Origin: Candidatus Bathyarchaeia archaeon
GTDB taxonomy: Archaea > Thermoproteota > Bathyarchaeia > Bathyarchaeales > Bathycorpusculaceae
Assembly: GCA_038883795.1 (NCBI GenBank)
Contig: JAVZLK010000006.1
Location: 1-64,000 of the forward strand
Direction: 5' to 3'
Length of the DNA: 64,000 bases
The position numbers were made by a program, and so were the translations under genes. The notes beneath the pieces were generated by a model, which was not told the DNA's origin, made no database searches, and saw only the letters and a program-made list of their open reading frames with translations. Shown here piece after piece: positions 47,959-57,829 of the stretch (position 1 is its first letter; every line of letters starts with the position of its first letter).

Positions 47959-48784
47959 AGTGGAAGACGTCTACTTTAGGTATCCAAACGGCGTAGAAGC
48001 ATTAAAGGGCGTATCCCTAACAATCAAAAACGGCGAATTTGTAGCCATCATGGGACAAAACGGTGCTGGAAAAACAACCCTCGTTAAACATTTTAATGGA
48101 CTGCTAAAGCCGACAAAAGGGAGAGTCCTTGTAGATGATGTTGAAACAACGAAAGTTAGCGTGGCAACCCTAGCCAGAAAAGTGGGTTTTGTTTTTCAGA
48201 ATCCAGACCATCAGCTTTTCTGCGAAACAGTGGAAGAGGAGATAGCCTTCGCATTAAAAAATTTTGGGTTCAAAGAGTCAATCATAAAACGCAGAGTCCA
48301 GTGGGCTCTAAACCTTTTAGGATTAGCCCAATACAAGAAAACTTCGCCGTTCATGCTTAGCGGTGGAGAAAGAAAACGGGTAGCCCTCGCCTCGGTTCTT
48401 GCTTGGAACCCAAAAATACTCATATTAGATGAACCAACAATTGGGCAAGATTATCAACAGAAAGAGAAGCTTAGACAGTTTATTTTGCAGATGAAAACGC
48501 AGAGGAAAACTGTGATTATTGTTACGCATGATGTGGAGTTTGTGGCTGAATGTAACCCAAGAGTTGTTTTAATGCGGGAAGGAAAAATTGTTGCAGACGG
48601 CGAAGCAAAAGAGATTCTAACAAACGAGGAAGTCTTGACTCAAGCGTCCATAGTTCCGCCTCAAATAGCCCAAATTTTCATACAAATGCCGAACTTGGAA
48701 CTGCCAAGAAACGTCATTGACGTTTACGAGGCAAGGGAAATACTGCTTAAAATGTTGGAGGCGACATCAAATGAGCGTTTTTGA
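47951..48784 (+). CDS. ecfA2: ECF transporter ATPase A2
   Basis: GQNGAGKT, FQNPDHQ, PF.LSGGE. Confidence 0.9.
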   Translation: MIEVEDVYFRYPNGVEALKGVSLTIKNGEFVAIMGQNGAGKTTLVKHFNGLLKPTKGRVLVDDVETTKVSVATLARKVGFVFQNPDHQLFCETVEEEIAFALKNFGFKESIIKRRVQWALNLLGLAQYKKTSPFMLSGGERKRVALASVLAWNPKILILDEPTIGQDYQQKEKLRQFILQMKTQRKTVIIVTHDVEFVAECNPRVVLMREGKIVADGEAKEILTNEEVLTQASIVPPQIAQIFIQMPNLELPRNVIDVYEAREILLKMLEATSNERF

Positions 48785-49559
48785 CGGATTAAAATTTCGA
48801 AGGGTTTATTCGCCAATTCACAATTTAGACCCAAGAATAAAATTCATTTATGTAATCGCAATTTTTGTCATAGCAATAATCTTTTGGGAACTCCTACCCC
48901 TAATCGTACTTTTTGTCATACAGATACCCTTCGTCGTTTTGGCTGGAGTTAAACGGGAATGGCTTCGTTCAATGCGTGGAGGCGCATTCTTAGCCACAAT
49001 AATTTTCATAACAAATTTCGCTGTTGCCTATTTTGGAGGACGTGGATTAGCAGAAAGCCTAGAAAATGCCATAGCCTTAACACTACGTTTCATAGTCCTA
49101 ATAGAATCCTTCTCAATCTTCTTCTTGACAACATCACCAGACCATTTAGGTTTAGCCCTAGAACAGACAGGAATGCCCTACGAGTTCTGCTTTGCCTTCA
49201 CAACTGCTGTACGCTTTGTCCCAGTTTTAGCCGAAGAAGCTCAAACAATAATGGATGCCCAAAAGGCTAGGGGTCTAGAGCTTGAGCGGGGAAACTTTCT
49301 CAAAAGAGTTAGAAATTACATTCCAATTCTCATACCATTAATCGTAAGCGCAATCCGAAGAAGCCTAGAGTTGGCAGAAGCCATGGAATCCCGTGCTTGG
49401 GGAGCAACCAAAAAGCGCACAAACCTTTACGTGTTAAAAATGCATAAAAACGACTTTATTCTCATAGCCATAACTATTGGAATTTTGTTAACAGCAATTT
49501 ACATCCGCCTATACGTTCCAATTCCATCATTAAACCAGCTTTTGAAAGGCACAATTTAA
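48771..49559 (+). CDS. ecfT: ECF transporter T component
   Basis: LDPR.K, AQKARG and AMESR motifs. Confidence 0.92.
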   Translation: MSVFDGLKFRRVYSPIHNLDPRIKFIYVIAIFVIAIIFWELLPLIVLFVIQIPFVVLAGVKREWLRSMRGGAFLATIIFITNFAVAYFGGRGLAESLENAIALTLRFIVLIESFSIFFLTTSPDHLGLALEQTGMPYEFCFAFTTAVRFVPVLAEEAQTIMDAQKARGLELERGNFLKRVRNYIPILIPLIVSAIRRSLELAEAMESRAWGATKKRTNLYVLKMHKNDFILIAITIGILLTAIYIRLYVPIPSLNQLLKGTI

Positions 49560-49589
49560 ACCATAAGGCTTTTAATACAGACCTAATTA

Positions 49590-50210
49590 ATGGGTTTCGA
49601 GGCTAAAAAGTTGGAAATGCTCAAGGCAGCGGCGGAAGAAATCATTCAGGGAATTAAACGGTGCATTGAAGAACTTAACATACAAGAAGTGGAACGATTC
49701 ATCGAGCTTCTTATAGGAGCAAAGGAAAGAAAAATCTTTATTGTAGGCATTGGAAGAAGCGGATTCGTCGCCAGAGCCTTCGCCTTGCGCTTGATGAATT
49801 TGGGATTTAACGTTTACTTCTTGGGCGAAACCATCACACCAGCAGCCGAAAAAGGAGACCTCCTCATAGCCATTTCTGGAACAGGCGCCACAAAAATGGT
49901 TTTAACAGCAAGCACAGCAGCTAAAGAAATAGGCGCCACAGTAATTGCCATCACATCCTTTCCAGAATCCCCACTGGGTCAAATGGCTGACCTCGTAGTG
50001 ACCGTTAAAGGAAGGACAAAGATGGGTTGGCCGAGGGAAGAGGATTATTTGGCTAGGCAGATTATGGGTGAAAGGGAACCGTTGACTCCGTTGGGAAGCG
50101 TCTTCGAAAACAATTGTATGGTATTCTTAGACAGCTTAATTGTGGAGTTAATGCATCGAATGGGGAGAACCGAGGAGGATTTAAAGCGTAGGCATGCAAC
50201 AATAGAGTAG
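49590..50210 (+). CDS. hxlB: 6-phospho-3-hexuloisomerase (SIS domain)
   Basis: G.GRSG, GETITP, SGTG.T, PLGS.FE, RHA.IE. Confidence 0.93.
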   Translation: MGFEAKKLEMLKAAAEEIIQGIKRCIEELNIQEVERFIELLIGAKERKIFIVGIGRSGFVARAFALRLMNLGFNVYFLGETITPAAEKGDLLIAISGTGATKMVLTASTAAKEIGATVIAITSFPESPLGQMADLVVTVKGRTKMGWPREEDYLARQIMGEREPLTPLGSVFENNCMVFLDSLIVELMHRMGRTEEDLKRRHATIE

Positions 50211-50227
50211 GCTTAAAATTATGGAGA

Positions 50228-50314
50228 GTGTCGCCTATACGGGCTAAATGGAAAAAGAAGAGGATGCGAAAACAGAAGAAGAAGCGCCAAAAGAGAAGGG
50301 CGAGATATAAGTAA
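50228..50314 (+). CDS. rpl41e: Ribosomal protein eL41 (eS32), 28 aa (not in ORF track)
   Basis: GTG-SPIRAKWKKKRMRKQKKKRQKRRARYK; matches the eukaryotic [11 protein letters not shown] signature. Confidence 0.85.
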   Translation: MSPIRAKWKKKRMRKQKKKRQKRRARYK

Positions 50315-50474
50315 GTTTGTTTATGAATTAGAAGTTTAACGTTGAATTGTGCTTTTTGGTTGTTAGTGTTAAGCATGCTAAAGATTAGTTATGCATATAA
50401 CTTATTAAGACATACGACACACTATACTTATGGAAAAACACCCCACACTCTAAGCCAAACAACGGTGAAAACCG

Positions 50475-52025
50475 ATGCCAAAAGCCCCAAAAACCATAGA
50501 AGAAACAAAACCAACCATAACAATAGGGGCGGAAATAAAAAAGCCAACAGTCTTCAGAGAAGTCTACCCAATAAAAGAACCCTATGTTTACGCAGCCATA
50601 GTTAAAGACCCAGAAACCCAAAAAATCCTCTACGAAGTTGTAGAACCGACCCTACAAAAGGATGAGGAAAGGCTTCTAAAAGAGATAAAAGCGTTTTTGA
50701 TGGAAGAGTTGGATGTATCTCTAAAAGAAATAGAAACAAAGGAGAAGGCAGAAAAATATCTTGAAGAAAAAACAAGAGAAATAATTAAAAAATATAAGAT
50801 AAAAGTTTCACAAGAAGCCGTCGACAAACTCATATACTATCTCATACGGGATTTTATAGGCTACGGAAAGATAGACCCGTTAATGAAAGACCACCTAATC
50901 GAGGACATATCCGCAGACGGCGTCAACATACCAATCTATGTTTGGCACAGGCTTTACGAATCCCTACCAACAAACATAATATTCAAAAACGAAGCAGAAT
51001 TGAACTCTTTCATAATTCGCTTGGCATATTTGGCTGGAAAAAACATTTCCATAGCATCCCCAATTTTGGACGCATCCCTTCCAGACGGCAGCCGTGTGCA
51101 ACTAACTTATGGAAATGAAGTAACCAGAAGAGGGTCAACCTTCACAATCCGACGCTTCAGAGTTGACCCCCTAACCATTTCAGATTTGATAGCTTTCAAC
51201 ACGATTTCTTCGGAAATGGCTGCCTTCTTGTGGTACATAATAGAAAATAGGGCTTCAGTGCTTGTCGCTGGGGGTGTGGCTTCTGGAAAGACAACCATGC
51301 TGAATTGTTTATCAATGTTCATAAAGCCGGAAATGAAAATAGTAAGCGTAGAAGACACACAAGAGCTTAACCTCCCCCATGAAAACTGGATACCCTCAGT
51401 TGTAAGACTCGGTTTTGGACACGAAGACAGAAAAGGCGGCACAATAACCCTCTTCGACTTGTTAAAGGCGGCTGTTAGACAAAGACCAGACTACATAATC
51501 GTAGGCGAAGTCCGAGGAGAAGAAGCCTACACGCTTTTTCAAGCCATGGCAACAGGCCATTTAGGAATGAGCACAATTCACGCAGAATCCGTTGAAGCCA
51601 CAATAAATCGTTTACAATCCGAACCAATGAACATTCCAAAACCGCTTATAGCCATGACCAACGTCATAATGGTCATGACAAGAACAGAAATCGAGGGAAA
51701 ACCCGCAAGAAGAGCTAGCGTAACAAGTGAGGTTTTAGGGTTAAATTCGAAAACAAAGAGCATACTAACGGAAGATGTTTTTCGCTGGAACCCAAAAGAT
51801 GATAAGTTTGTATTTTCTGGTCATAGTAGCATCCTTGAAAAACACATGAAGAAAATGGACATAAGTGAAGAAGAAATTAGACGAGAGTTGCAGCGCAGAA
51901 AAACCGTTTTAGAGTGGATGGTTAAGAAGGGCATAAGACGCCACATTGACGTTTCAAACGTAATCCGCGAATATTACACTAATCCAAATAGGGTTTTCCA
52001 AAAGGCGAGGGTGGGATTGAAATGA
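50475..52025 (+). CDS. Type II/IV secretion (pilus assembly) ATPase
   Basis: EDISADG, LPDGSR, GGVASGKTT, EDTQE, RQRPD...GEVRG, GH. Confidence 0.95.
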   Translation: MPKAPKTIEETKPTITIGAEIKKPTVFREVYPIKEPYVYAAIVKDPETQKILYEVVEPTLQKDEERLLKEIKAFLMEELDVSLKEIETKEKAEKYLEEKTREIIKKYKIKVSQEAVDKLIYYLIRDFIGYGKIDPLMKDHLIEDISADGVNIPIYVWHRLYESLPTNIIFKNEAELNSFIIRLAYLAGKNISIASPILDASLPDGSRVQLTYGNEVTRRGSTFTIRRFRVDPLTISDLIAFNTISSEMAAFLWYIIENRASVLVAGGVASGKTTMLNCLSMFIKPEMKIVSVEDTQELNLPHENWIPSVVRLGFGHEDRKGGTITLFDLLKAAVRQRPDYIIVGEVRGEEAYTLFQAMATGHLGMSTIHAESVEATINRLQSEPMNIPKPLIAMTNVIMVMTRTEIEGKPARRASVTSEVLGLNSKTKSILTEDVFRWNPKDDKFVFSGHSSILEKHMKKMDISEEEIRRELQRRKTVLEWMVKKGIRRHIDVSNVIREYYTNPNRVFQKARVGLK

Positions 52026-53029
52026 AAAGCAGCAAGGGTTACCAAAAAATCAAACAATTTTTCAACCGTTTCAAATCAATGTTTAAGCTGCCATCCATAA
52101 AACCTTCAAAGACAGAATCAGAAGAAGTGCCAAAAAGGCACAAATTTGAGTTGAAGGAAACGCACACCATAGCTTACCAACTCATTGGCGGAAAGATAGG
52201 ACGCTTACTCCCGCTTTTCAAGGATTTGGACTTGAATTTGCAAAGGTCAGAGTTAAAGGTTAATTTTAAGGCATATGTCAGCCTAACAATTTTCGTGGCG
52301 ATTTTGGCTTCACTCTCTACATTAGCCCTCGTTCCAACAACGCTATTTTTCTTTTTCAAAATCCCACCTTTGCCCGCAATCCTTTTCGGCTTAGGCGGAA
52401 GCCTATTCACAAGCGCCTTCTCGGTTATAGGGTTTTATGCGTATCCAGTCTATCGTGCGGACAAGCTAAAAAGAGAGCTGGAAGACGAGTTGCCCTTCAC
52501 TACTGGTTATATGGCAATCCTTACAACAGCTGGTGTTTCTCCAGAAAAAATTTTCTATTCTCTCTCAAACCTCAGTGAACCATTGACCGTTTCCATAGAA
52601 GCAAAAAACATTGTTAGAGACGTGGGACTTTTTGGTTTTGACATAATCTCCGCCTTAGAAGAAGCATCTAAACGAACTTCGTCCGAAAGGTTTCGTGAAA
52701 TGCTTCAAGGACTCATTTCCACAATCCATTCAGGAGGAAACCTATCCGCTTATCTCCGGGAAAAGTCTAGGCAGTACATGAAGCTCAAGAGGATAAGTCT
52801 CCGCAAATTTTCGGATACGCTATCCATATTATCAGAATTTTATGTAGCTTTGATCGTGACTGGACCGCTGCTTCTTATAATTATGTTGGCGGTGATGGAG
52901 ATGATGGGCGGAGGCTTTTTCGGCGTGTTAAGCTCAAACCTGTTGTTAAGCTTGCTAACGTATATTGGAATACCGTTGGGCTCCATAATGTTTCTCATAA
53001 TATTGGATGCTATATCACCAAAGTGGTAG
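52022..53029 (+). CDS. Pilus membrane platform protein (TadC/GspF family)
   Basis: TM helices; LEDELP, D...ALE, SGG.L..YL. Confidence 0.88.
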   Translation: MKSSKGYQKIKQFFNRFKSMFKLPSIKPSKTESEEVPKRHKFELKETHTIAYQLIGGKIGRLLPLFKDLDLNLQRSELKVNFKAYVSLTIFVAILASLSTLALVPTTLFFFFKIPPLPAILFGLGGSLFTSAFSVIGFYAYPVYRADKLKRELEDELPFTTGYMAILTTAGVSPEKIFYSLSNLSEPLTVSIEAKNIVRDVGLFGFDIISALEEASKRTSSERFREMLQGLISTIHSGGNLSAYLREKSRQYMKLKRISLRKFSDTLSILSEFYVALIVTGPLLLIIMLAVMEMMGGGFFGVLSSNLLLSLLTYIGIPLGSIMFLIILDAISPKW

Positions 53030-53033
53030 TGGA

Positions 53034-53849
53034 ATGCCAAAAATAGAAGAGCGAATTAAAAAAATTGCGTGGGTTCCCTCGGTTTCCGTAGCCTCCGCCA
53101 TAATCCTTTTCGCTTATATCATGTTTGGAGGAGGCAAAACCCTCGATGAATTCGTATTTTTTGCCGTAATAGTTGCTGTTTCGCCCCCCACAATTCTAAA
53201 CTATGTTGATTATAAATGGCGAAGAGCAATAGACGAACATTTACCAGACCTTTTCAGAACCCTTGTCCAAGCCCAAGAGACGGGCATGACGCTTCCCCAA
53301 GCCCTCGAAGAAGCCTCAAAAAGGAACTATGGTCCCCTCACAGCAGAACTGCGAAAGATGAATACTCAAATTTCTTGGGGAATGACTTTCGAAGAGGCAT
53401 TGTTGGCTTTAGGAAAACGGGTCAACACAATTCTTGTTCGAAGAACAGTACCATTAATAATTGAGGCAAGCCGTTCTGGAGGGCATGTGGAAAAGGTTTT
53501 TGACCCAACTGGAAAGTTTATTCAGACAACACTTTTGCTGGACAAGGAAAGGCGAAACCAAACAAGACCGTACATTGCAATAATTTATGTTGCATTCTTC
53601 GTATTCTTATTCACAATAATACTGCTTTTCAGGTCGTTTTTCCTAAGCATAGAAGGCTTACCCACCCTCGGGGCAACGGTAACATCACCAGAAGAAATGC
53701 AACGCATGTTCTTTCACTTAGCCGCAATCCAAGCCTTCTTCGGCGGGTTAATTGCTGGAAAAATGGGAGAGGGAACGATAAACGCTGGCTTAAAACACAG
53801 CATAATCATGATGCTCTGCGGCTACATAGCCCTAAAACTCTTCCTATAG
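53034..53849 (+). CDS. Pilus membrane platform protein (TadC/GspF family)
   Basis: LPD, GMTL..AL, SWG..FEEAL, GL.AGKM.EG...AGLKH. Confidence 0.9.
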   Translation: MPKIEERIKKIAWVPSVSVASAIILFAYIMFGGGKTLDEFVFFAVIVAVSPPTILNYVDYKWRRAIDEHLPDLFRTLVQAQETGMTLPQALEEASKRNYGPLTAELRKMNTQISWGMTFEEALLALGKRVNTILVRRTVPLIIEASRSGGHVEKVFDPTGKFIQTTLLLDKERRNQTRPYIAIIYVAFFVFLFTIILLFRSFFLSIEGLPTLGATVTSPEEMQRMFFHLAAIQAFFGGLIAGKMGEGTINAGLKHSIIMMLCGYIALKLFL

Positions 53850-53860
53850 GTGAAGGAAAG

Positions 53861-54280
53861 ATGAGGAAGGATTTTAAGAGATTTTTCTCAGATTCACGGG
53901 CTATAACTCCAGTTTTAAGCAACCTTCTGCTTACAGTTGTGGCTGTAGGCGCCATGGCAATTGCCACAACAGCCACCTATGTCATAACGACCAACATGCG
54001 GGAAATAATGAGCGAACGCATCGTTGCTGAAGATTTATGGTTTAACAATTCAACAGGTAACATTCAAGTATACTTGCGCAATGTTGGGAAAGTCGCCATT
54101 CACGTTTCCGCAGTTTATGTTAACCATACATCTCAGCCTTTCTCTTCACCTTTCACCCTGGAAATAGGCAAGCATGGATGGCTTAACATTTCATACGTTT
54201 GGGTGCCTAACAGCCTGTACTACATAGACATTGTAACAACAAGGGGGACGCATATTGCAGACTATTATAAAGCTCCTTAA
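53861..54280 (+). CDS. Archaeal type IV pilin (minor)
   Basis: SRA|ITPVLSNLLL; RNVG..IHVSAVYVN; IVTTRG. Confidence 0.88.
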   Translation: MRKDFKRFFSDSRAITPVLSNLLLTVVAVGAMAIATTATYVITTNMREIMSERIVAEDLWFNNSTGNIQVYLRNVGKVAIHVSAVYVNHTSQPFSSPFTLEIGKHGWLNISYVWVPNSLYYIDIVTTRGTHIADYYKAP

Positions 54281-56699
54281 AAAATTCAAACAAGCAAGGA
54301 AAGGCGTTAGTAATGTAATAGTTGTGATGCTAAGCCTAATTCTAATAGTGCTTATAGTTTCAAACGTGGTTTTATGGAGTTATCAAATGAACCAGTTCGA
54401 CTTGGAAAGAATGCAAGAGAACATCCGAATAGCCAATATTACAAGAGTTACACGTTCTTCGTGGTTTACTGCACAAAGCGAATATAGAATAATTGCGGGC
54501 AGCAGATTAGGCGGCACCTACACTGAAACAAAATTTTTGGATGGAACTTCGGAAACGTTTAGAGAGGAAAAAACCCAAATTTTTAATCCAAGCGGCTACG
54601 TTCTTAACGGTTTTACAGAATATGTTTCTGGCGGCATATCAAATTTAATATCCAATGATGACGTTTACATGAGTTTCCGAAGTTATCCTAACTATGAAGT
54701 TAGATATCAAGAAAGTCTTGAAATATCCTCAACTACAAGCACAGTATATCAAGACAAGGTTTCAATAGAATTTACACCGCAGATAACTGCGAACTTCACC
54801 ATAATCGCATCAGCAGAAGTTCAAGGTTCAAGCACAACCTATCAAGCTAAAGCAAGACTAGCAATAAACTCGGTGGCATATCAGGAACTTCTGTACAGAA
54901 TTAAAGACCTAACGGATTGGTATCCATTCTGTGGGTTAAAACACATAACCTTTAACCAAGGCGTAAGCTATTCCATTAAAATTCAGTTTTGCACAAACAA
55001 TGTAGCAGCCGCAGCTTCTATAAGAAACGCAAGAATAATACTCATGAGCATACCAGCAGAATACGCTGAAAGCGAAGGACTCTCAACAACGGGCAGCACG
55101 GAATGGCAAGATAAGGTCACATTAGCTTTCACACCGCCTATTGATGGAGAATATTTAATAATAGCAACTGCAAATTATAGAGGCTCTGCAACAAACCGCG
55201 ACGTTAACATACGATTAATCCAAGACGACACGATAGTCCACGCAGAAGCCATTGGCAGACCTGGAAGCGGCACCACAGCTAATTATTACACTTTCGGAGT
55301 TATGAGAAAAGTGAATCTTAACGCGGCATCTCACAATTTTAAAATTCAATACTGCTCCTCTGGAACCCCCGGCATTGCCGGTATAAATTATGCGCATATA
55401 ATTGCCATAAAACTAAGTGAGTTTGAAAGCAGCTATTACTCTGAAGATGAAAACGAATCTATTCCGGCGGCCAGCAACACTTGGTATGACAAAATTGTGA
55501 ACAATTACGTTGCCGAAAGCGGCAATTATCTAATCATGGGCTCAATTGCATACAAATCAGGTTCTACAAGCTATTCTGTGGGATTAGATTTCCAAACGGA
55601 ATCTACATCACGCCAGTTGCCCCTTGTTGAGCATAGAACTACAACAGATTATGAATATGCCTTCTTCATGGCTGTGCAAACGCTGGAGGGGGGAAGCAAA
55701 ACTGACAAAATTAGGTATATGGGCGAAAGCATAAATGCAAGAGTTAAAAATGCACGGCTAATTTCATGTAAAATGCCCACCTTAACACAAACGGTAGAAG
55801 TGGAATTTTTGGGAACGGCAAACACCCCAAACTGGATACAACTTGAATGGTTTATAGATTCATGCTTCACAACACCAGACGTGACAGCAACATTCCAACT
55901 TTATAATTACCAAACCAACGAATATCCAACAAGCGGAGACGGCTACATGACCGACATAATAGGCTTGACAGATGTAACAAAAAACCAAACCATAACAACC
56001 AACCCCACCAATTATAGAGATGAAGAGGGAAACTGGAAAGTTAAAATTAAAGGAGTTAAGGCGACAGAAACACAGTTTGAACTTAAAGTCGATTGGATAG
56101 AATTCAAAGCAACCACATCCGACATCTACCGCCTCAACATCAACAACAATTTTGTAATAGATTTATCCACGTATCCGCTAGATTATGTGGACGGAATAGA
56201 AATATACATAAAATACAATGTCACAGAAGCGGCTGAAAAGTGGTTCTTAAGGGCATATAATTGGACAGAGCTAAGCTTTAGTAATTCAGGGTTTAATGCA
56301 ACTGAAGGAAGCCAACCAGCGTCAAATGAGTGGAACGAATATGCAGTTAACATAACAGAAAATTGGAGAAGCTACGTTAGAGAAGATGGCACTTTGCTTA
56401 TAGAATTTTTCGACGAAGGGTTGGATGTAAACCAAACAGTTGTAGAAATAGATTTCTTCGCTGTGAGAGCAATAATTAATGGCGCAAGTTTCGATTTAAG
56501 AAACAATAGTCCAATAACAACGCACATCGTTTCTATATGGATAATCAACGCAACAAATCATCAACGCTACAACGCTAACTGGTTCATAAATGCTGGGGAA
56601 GAAGCAATCTACATTCGTGCTGACATTAGTTTGCCAGAAGAGTTTATTGCGAAAGTTGTCACGGAAAGGGGCAATATTACCGTTTTTACAGAAGGCTAA
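54255..56699 (+). CDS. Large pilin-like adhesin with nested inserted domains
   Basis: RKG|VSNVIVVML signal; C-terminal pilin segment (RNN...HIVSIWI...KVVTERGN); three internal ~120-aa repeats. Confidence 0.85.
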   Translation: MQTIIKLLKKFKQARKGVSNVIVVMLSLILIVLIVSNVVLWSYQMNQFDLERMQENIRIANITRVTRSSWFTAQSEYRIIAGSRLGGTYTETKFLDGTSETFREEKTQIFNPSGYVLNGFTEYVSGGISNLISNDDVYMSFRSYPNYEVRYQESLEISSTTSTVYQDKVSIEFTPQITANFTIIASAEVQGSSTTYQAKARLAINSVAYQELLYRIKDLTDWYPFCGLKHITFNQGVSYSIKIQFCTNNVAAAASIRNARIILMSIPAEYAESEGLSTTGSTEWQDKVTLAFTPPIDGEYLIIATANYRGSATNRDVNIRLIQDDTIVHAEAIGRPGSGTTANYYTFGVMRKVNLNAASHNFKIQYCSSGTPGIAGINYAHIIAIKLSEFESSYYSEDENESIPAASNTWYDKIVNNYVAESGNYLIMGSIAYKSGSTSYSVGLDFQTESTSRQLPLVEHRTTTDYEYAFFMAVQTLEGGSKTDKIRYMGESINARVKNARLISCKMPTLTQTVEVEFLGTANTPNWIQLEWFIDSCFTTPDVTATFQLYNYQTNEYPTSGDGYMTDIIGLTDVTKNQTITTNPTNYRDEEGNWKVKIKGVKATETQFELKVDWIEFKATTSDIYRLNINNNFVIDLSTYPLDYVDGIEIYIKYNVTEAAEKWFLRAYNWTELSFSNSGFNATEGSQPASNEWNEYAVNITENWRSYVREDGTLLIEFFDEGLDVNQTVVEIDFFAVRAIINGASFDLRNNSPITTHIVSIWIINATNHQRYNANWFINAGEEAIYIRADISLPEEFIAKVVTERGNITVFTEG

Positions 56700-56707
56700 T
56701 TTTATTT

Positions 56708-57685
56708 TTAGAGCATTTTTTCTTTTATGGCTTTTATTGCTTCCTTTTGGTTTTTAGCTTCTATCACAGTAATATTGTATAGTTCAGCCATTTTTTTGCC
56801 GTTTTCGCTCAGTTTTGGAATTGCTATTAAATAGGCGTTTTCGGGAGAAACATCGAAAACTTTGGCGAAGAGGGCGATTATTGGCTGTTCTGAAACGGCA
56901 TTTTCGGTGGATGTGGCTATGTCGATTACTGTTATTTTGTGCTTTTCATCTTTCATATAAGCTGCGATGTCGAACATGTGATTTGCTCCAGATTTACCTT
57001 TCACGAAGGCTGGGCTTTCCACTTCGAACCCATTTTCAACGAGAAAATCTCTTATCGGCGAGATTATAACCCAGCCTAAAGCCGCTTCTTCCCTCACTTC
57101 TTCGTTGAGGCTGTAGGCGTAAACATCCTTAATCACAGCTTCTTCAAAGGTGAAATTTGCGTGGCAGTCTCTGCAGTAGTGGGCGGCAATGGGGATGTCG
57201 AAGCTTTTATTGCAATCTTTGCAGGTGCACCATGTTCCAGCCTTTCTATAATCAACATCAGCCTTCTTCAATTCTTCATGGCATTTTGGACAGACAAGCT
57301 TATTGCCCTTCTTGAAGTTTTCTTCAACATCCATGTAACCGCATTTAACATGTTCTATTAAAGCGCTTCTTTGAATGTGGAAGGATTTGCAGTATGGACA
57401 ACAGTAATGGATAGAAATGTTTGCGGAGTCACATTTTGGGCAGTAAATTACTTTGTCATAAAGTCTTTTTTTGAGTATACCCGCTTCGAAAAGTCTGTTT
57501 AAGAAGGGTTCAACTTCGGAAGCGTCGCCAAGAATAGTTTCAACGATTGGATAACGATAACCAACTTTGGGGTCATAAATGGGTTCAAGTTCGTTTATTT
57601 CGCCGCTCAAAAATTTGCTTAGAAAAGCTTGAGTATTACGATCTCTGTAAAGTTCCATCCTTTCAATCTTATTTGGCTTCTGCAT
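56708..57685 (-). CDS. TackOD1-like multi-Zn-ribbon protein with C-terminal restriction-endonuclease-like domain
   Basis: GYRYP, repeated CxxC, IEH..CG, DY; C-terminal KGKSGANH.FDI. Confidence 0.8.
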   Translation of the reverse strand: MQKPNKIERMELYRDRNTQAFLSKFLSGEINELEPIYDPKVGYRYPIVETILGDASEVEPFLNRLFEAGILKKRLYDKVIYCPKCDSANISIHYCCPYCKSFHIQRSALIEHVKCGYMDVEENFKKGNKLVCPKCHEELKKADVDYRKAGTWCTCKDCNKSFDIPIAAHYCRDCHANFTFEEAVIKDVYAYSLNEEVREEAALGWVIISPIRDFLVENGFEVESPAFVKGKSGANHMFDIAAYMKDEKHKITVIDIATSTENAVSEQPIIALFAKVFDVSPENAYLIAIPKLSENGKKMAELYNITVIEAKNQKEAIKAIKEKML

Positions 57686-57829
57686 CCTATTCCCAGACTA
57701 TTTCATTCTCCGCAAACACTCTTGTATACGCTTAAACCATAATATTAGTGTCAAGTATTGTTAAAATTTTCGAATAAAAAGGCGACGCTTCTCAAGAAAG
57801 GTTTTTAAAATTCCAATGGATGGTTGATT

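Noticed and set aside
47086-49559. ECF module without an S component
   Set aside because: Normal for shared group II ECF modules.
54438-54452. ITRVT peptide in the large pilin
   Set aside because: The DNA lacks the RCGY palindromic core; chance similarity to the ITRVI motif.
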